From the human T2T-CHM13v2.0 reference genome, Homo sapiens, in NCBI RefSeq assembly GCF_009914755.1, contig NC_060940.1: 64,000 nt of DNA. The stretch is one strand, 5' to 3'. The notes beneath the pieces are model-generated. The model did not search any database. It was not told the origin of the DNA and saw only the letters and a list, made by a program, of their open reading frames with translations. The stretch's first letter is position 1; each line of letters opens with the position of its first letter. Below, piece after piece: positions 60,824-64,000 of the stretch. Made by a program: the position numbers and the translations under genes.

Positions 60824-62415
60824 AACCAAGCTCCTGTTCCCATGGAGCTTACGTTCTAGTAGGGGAAACAGACAACCAATGAATAGGCAAATAAGTGCAT
60901 GCTGGGTGCTAAAAATAAGTGCTAAAGCCAAACAGTAAATTTGGGTAAATGGAGCAGATGTAAAGGAGTGTTACTGTAGAAGACAGCAGTCAGGGAAGGC
61001 CTCTGGGGCAGCAACATTTGAGCAGAGACCTGAAGGAAATGAGGAAGGCACAGAGATTACTGGGAAAAGAGGCACCAGCCTCCAATGAGCATGTGCACAG
61101 GCCCTGCCAAGTGAGCATGCTGGAGGGTTCTGTAACAATGCAGAGACCCATGTGGCTGCAGCACAGTGATCCAGTAGCAGGATGCAAGGCTAGAGAGGAG
61201 ATGGGGTTGGACCAGATAGGGCCTTGCAGCCGTGTTAAGGATCTGAGTGTGATACAAAGACATTAGGAAACATGGGGCAGAGGAGAAACACTGGCTTTCC
61301 ATTGCAAAGGATCACTTTGATCCTGGGATAAGAACAGATGGATGAGAGGCATGGCTGGAAGGAGAGAAACCAGTCTTAATCATTTCAGCGAGAAACACTA
61401 GTAGTTTGGACCCAAGTGGTGCATTTCCTGGAAAGTAGGCAGCTGTCATCTAAAGGAAGAGCCTGCAGCATCAATGGTAGGTTGGATGTGTGGTGAGAGT
61501 GAAGAAAACGTTAAGGGTGATGCCAAGGATTTTGGCCTGAGTCACTTGAAGGATGGGGTCATCATTTATTGAAATGCAGAAGACAGTGAGAGAAATGGGT
61601 TCGAACAGAAAAAAAATCTGGAGTTTGATTTGTTTCTTTTTGTATTTTTTCTGGGAGACAAATTGTTACTTACACTTGTTAGCGGATTCTGACTTCCATG
61701 CCTACCATCCTGCTTAGAGTTTGATTTTATTATGTGCTGTAAGCAAAGTGACGTTGTCATTCTTTTTTTTTTTTTTTTTTTTTTTTGGAGACAGGGTCTT
61801 GCTCTGCTCTGTCATCCACACTGCAGTGCAGTGGTGTGAACACAGCTCACTGAAGCCTCGATTTCCTGGGCTCAAGAGATTCCCCAGCCTTGGCCTCGCA
61901 AAATGTTGGGATTACAGGCGGAGGAGGTTCCAAGCGTTGATGTGGATGATTCCAGACCAACAGTTGGAAAGATATGCAGTAGCCTAGACAAGAACTAGGC
62001 AAGTAGGGTTGGGGTAGAGGCTTCCAGCATGTCCTGGAGATATAATACGGAAGGTCTGGGGTTTTTTGAATGTAGGAGGATCAGGAAGGTCATACTTGTC
62101 TCCTAGGCACAAAGCAGAAGGTGACTGTCAAAACAAAACAGGAACAATAGTAAAACTGGGTTCTAGAAAAGAGCCTTGGAAACTTCTTTTGTGACCAAGT
62201 AACTCTTTTTCGAGAAGGCCTGGACTGTGTTTCAAGCTATGTAGGCGCTGCTAAGAGAACATTCTGGAGTGCAGTGTTGACATTTAGTAAGGGCCTTTGT
62301 CTTTTTATTTCTTTTCTTTTTTTCATGCTATTCTGACAGAAGAGCCTTTGTCCGCTGGATGCGGTGGTTCACACCTGTAATCCCAGCACTTTGGGAGGCC
62401 GCGGTGGGCAGATCA

Positions 62416-62658
<243 letters not shown>

Positions 62659-62853
62659 TTAGTCTTTCAAAACAGAAATTTGCATGGTTGGATTGTTTAA
62701 TGACAGAAGAGGTAGCAAATGTCAGTGAGCACCTTCTCCTTTATCCATAGACTACATTGCAGGGGTGAGTTAAAAAGAAAGGGTAACATGGGGCCAGGCA
62801 CGGTGGCTCACACTTGTAATCCCAGCACTTTGGGAGGCTGAGGTCGGAGTTCA

Positions 62854-63202
<349 letters not shown>

Positions 63203-63429
63203 CTACTTCCTCTAGTAACAAGAAAGATGATGGGAGGATGGGAGGAGCTGCCTCCATGGCCTTGTGAAAACCTGAATCTGAAAAATGTCTGAATTTGTTA
63301 AAGACCAGTCCAAAAATTTGAGAAAATGAACTCATTCTGGGAGTGGGTTTTTTCCACTCTCATTAGGCTGAGCTACCAATTCTTTTTGGGGGCCTTAGTG
63401 CCTGCCATGGTCAAGTTCTATAGAAACAC

Positions 63430-63973
<544 letters not shown>

Positions 63974-64000
63974 TCAAAAAAAAAAAAAATTAATTGACAA

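Overview
Human genomic DNA, Alu-dense, containing the complete + strand HEATR3 gene. HEATR3 is the Syo1/symportin orthologue, an ARM/HEAT-repeat chaperone and nuclear import adaptor for uL5/uL18 in 5S RNP assembly (chr16q12.1, from recall). I reconstructed 15 coding exons with GT-AG boundaries and consistent phases: ATG 1874 to TAA 40811, CDS 2043 nt, 680 aa. The gene has a CpG-island promoter with GC boxes and NRF1 motifs, and a 3'UTR with an inverted Alu pair and tandem AATAAA signals (about 42.1 kb and 43.0 kb). Intron 12 holds a retroposed Y4 RNA copy. About 43.4-64 kb is repeat-dominated sequence with no supportable protein-coding gene, and nearly all other ORF-track entries are Alu or simple-repeat artefacts. 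The least explained structures are: (1) two old non-Alu inverted duplications, about 165 bp in intron 14 and about 130 bp at 57.5-58.5 kb, each later hit by an Alu in one arm; (2) a 17-nt candidate poison micro-exon in intron 6; (3) a cluster of fold-back or templated-insertion scars in intron 12; (4) a canonical LIR motif (DDEWEEL) in exon 9. I found no evidence of a wholly new multi-gene system. Repeat boundaries and subfamilies are by-eye estimates.
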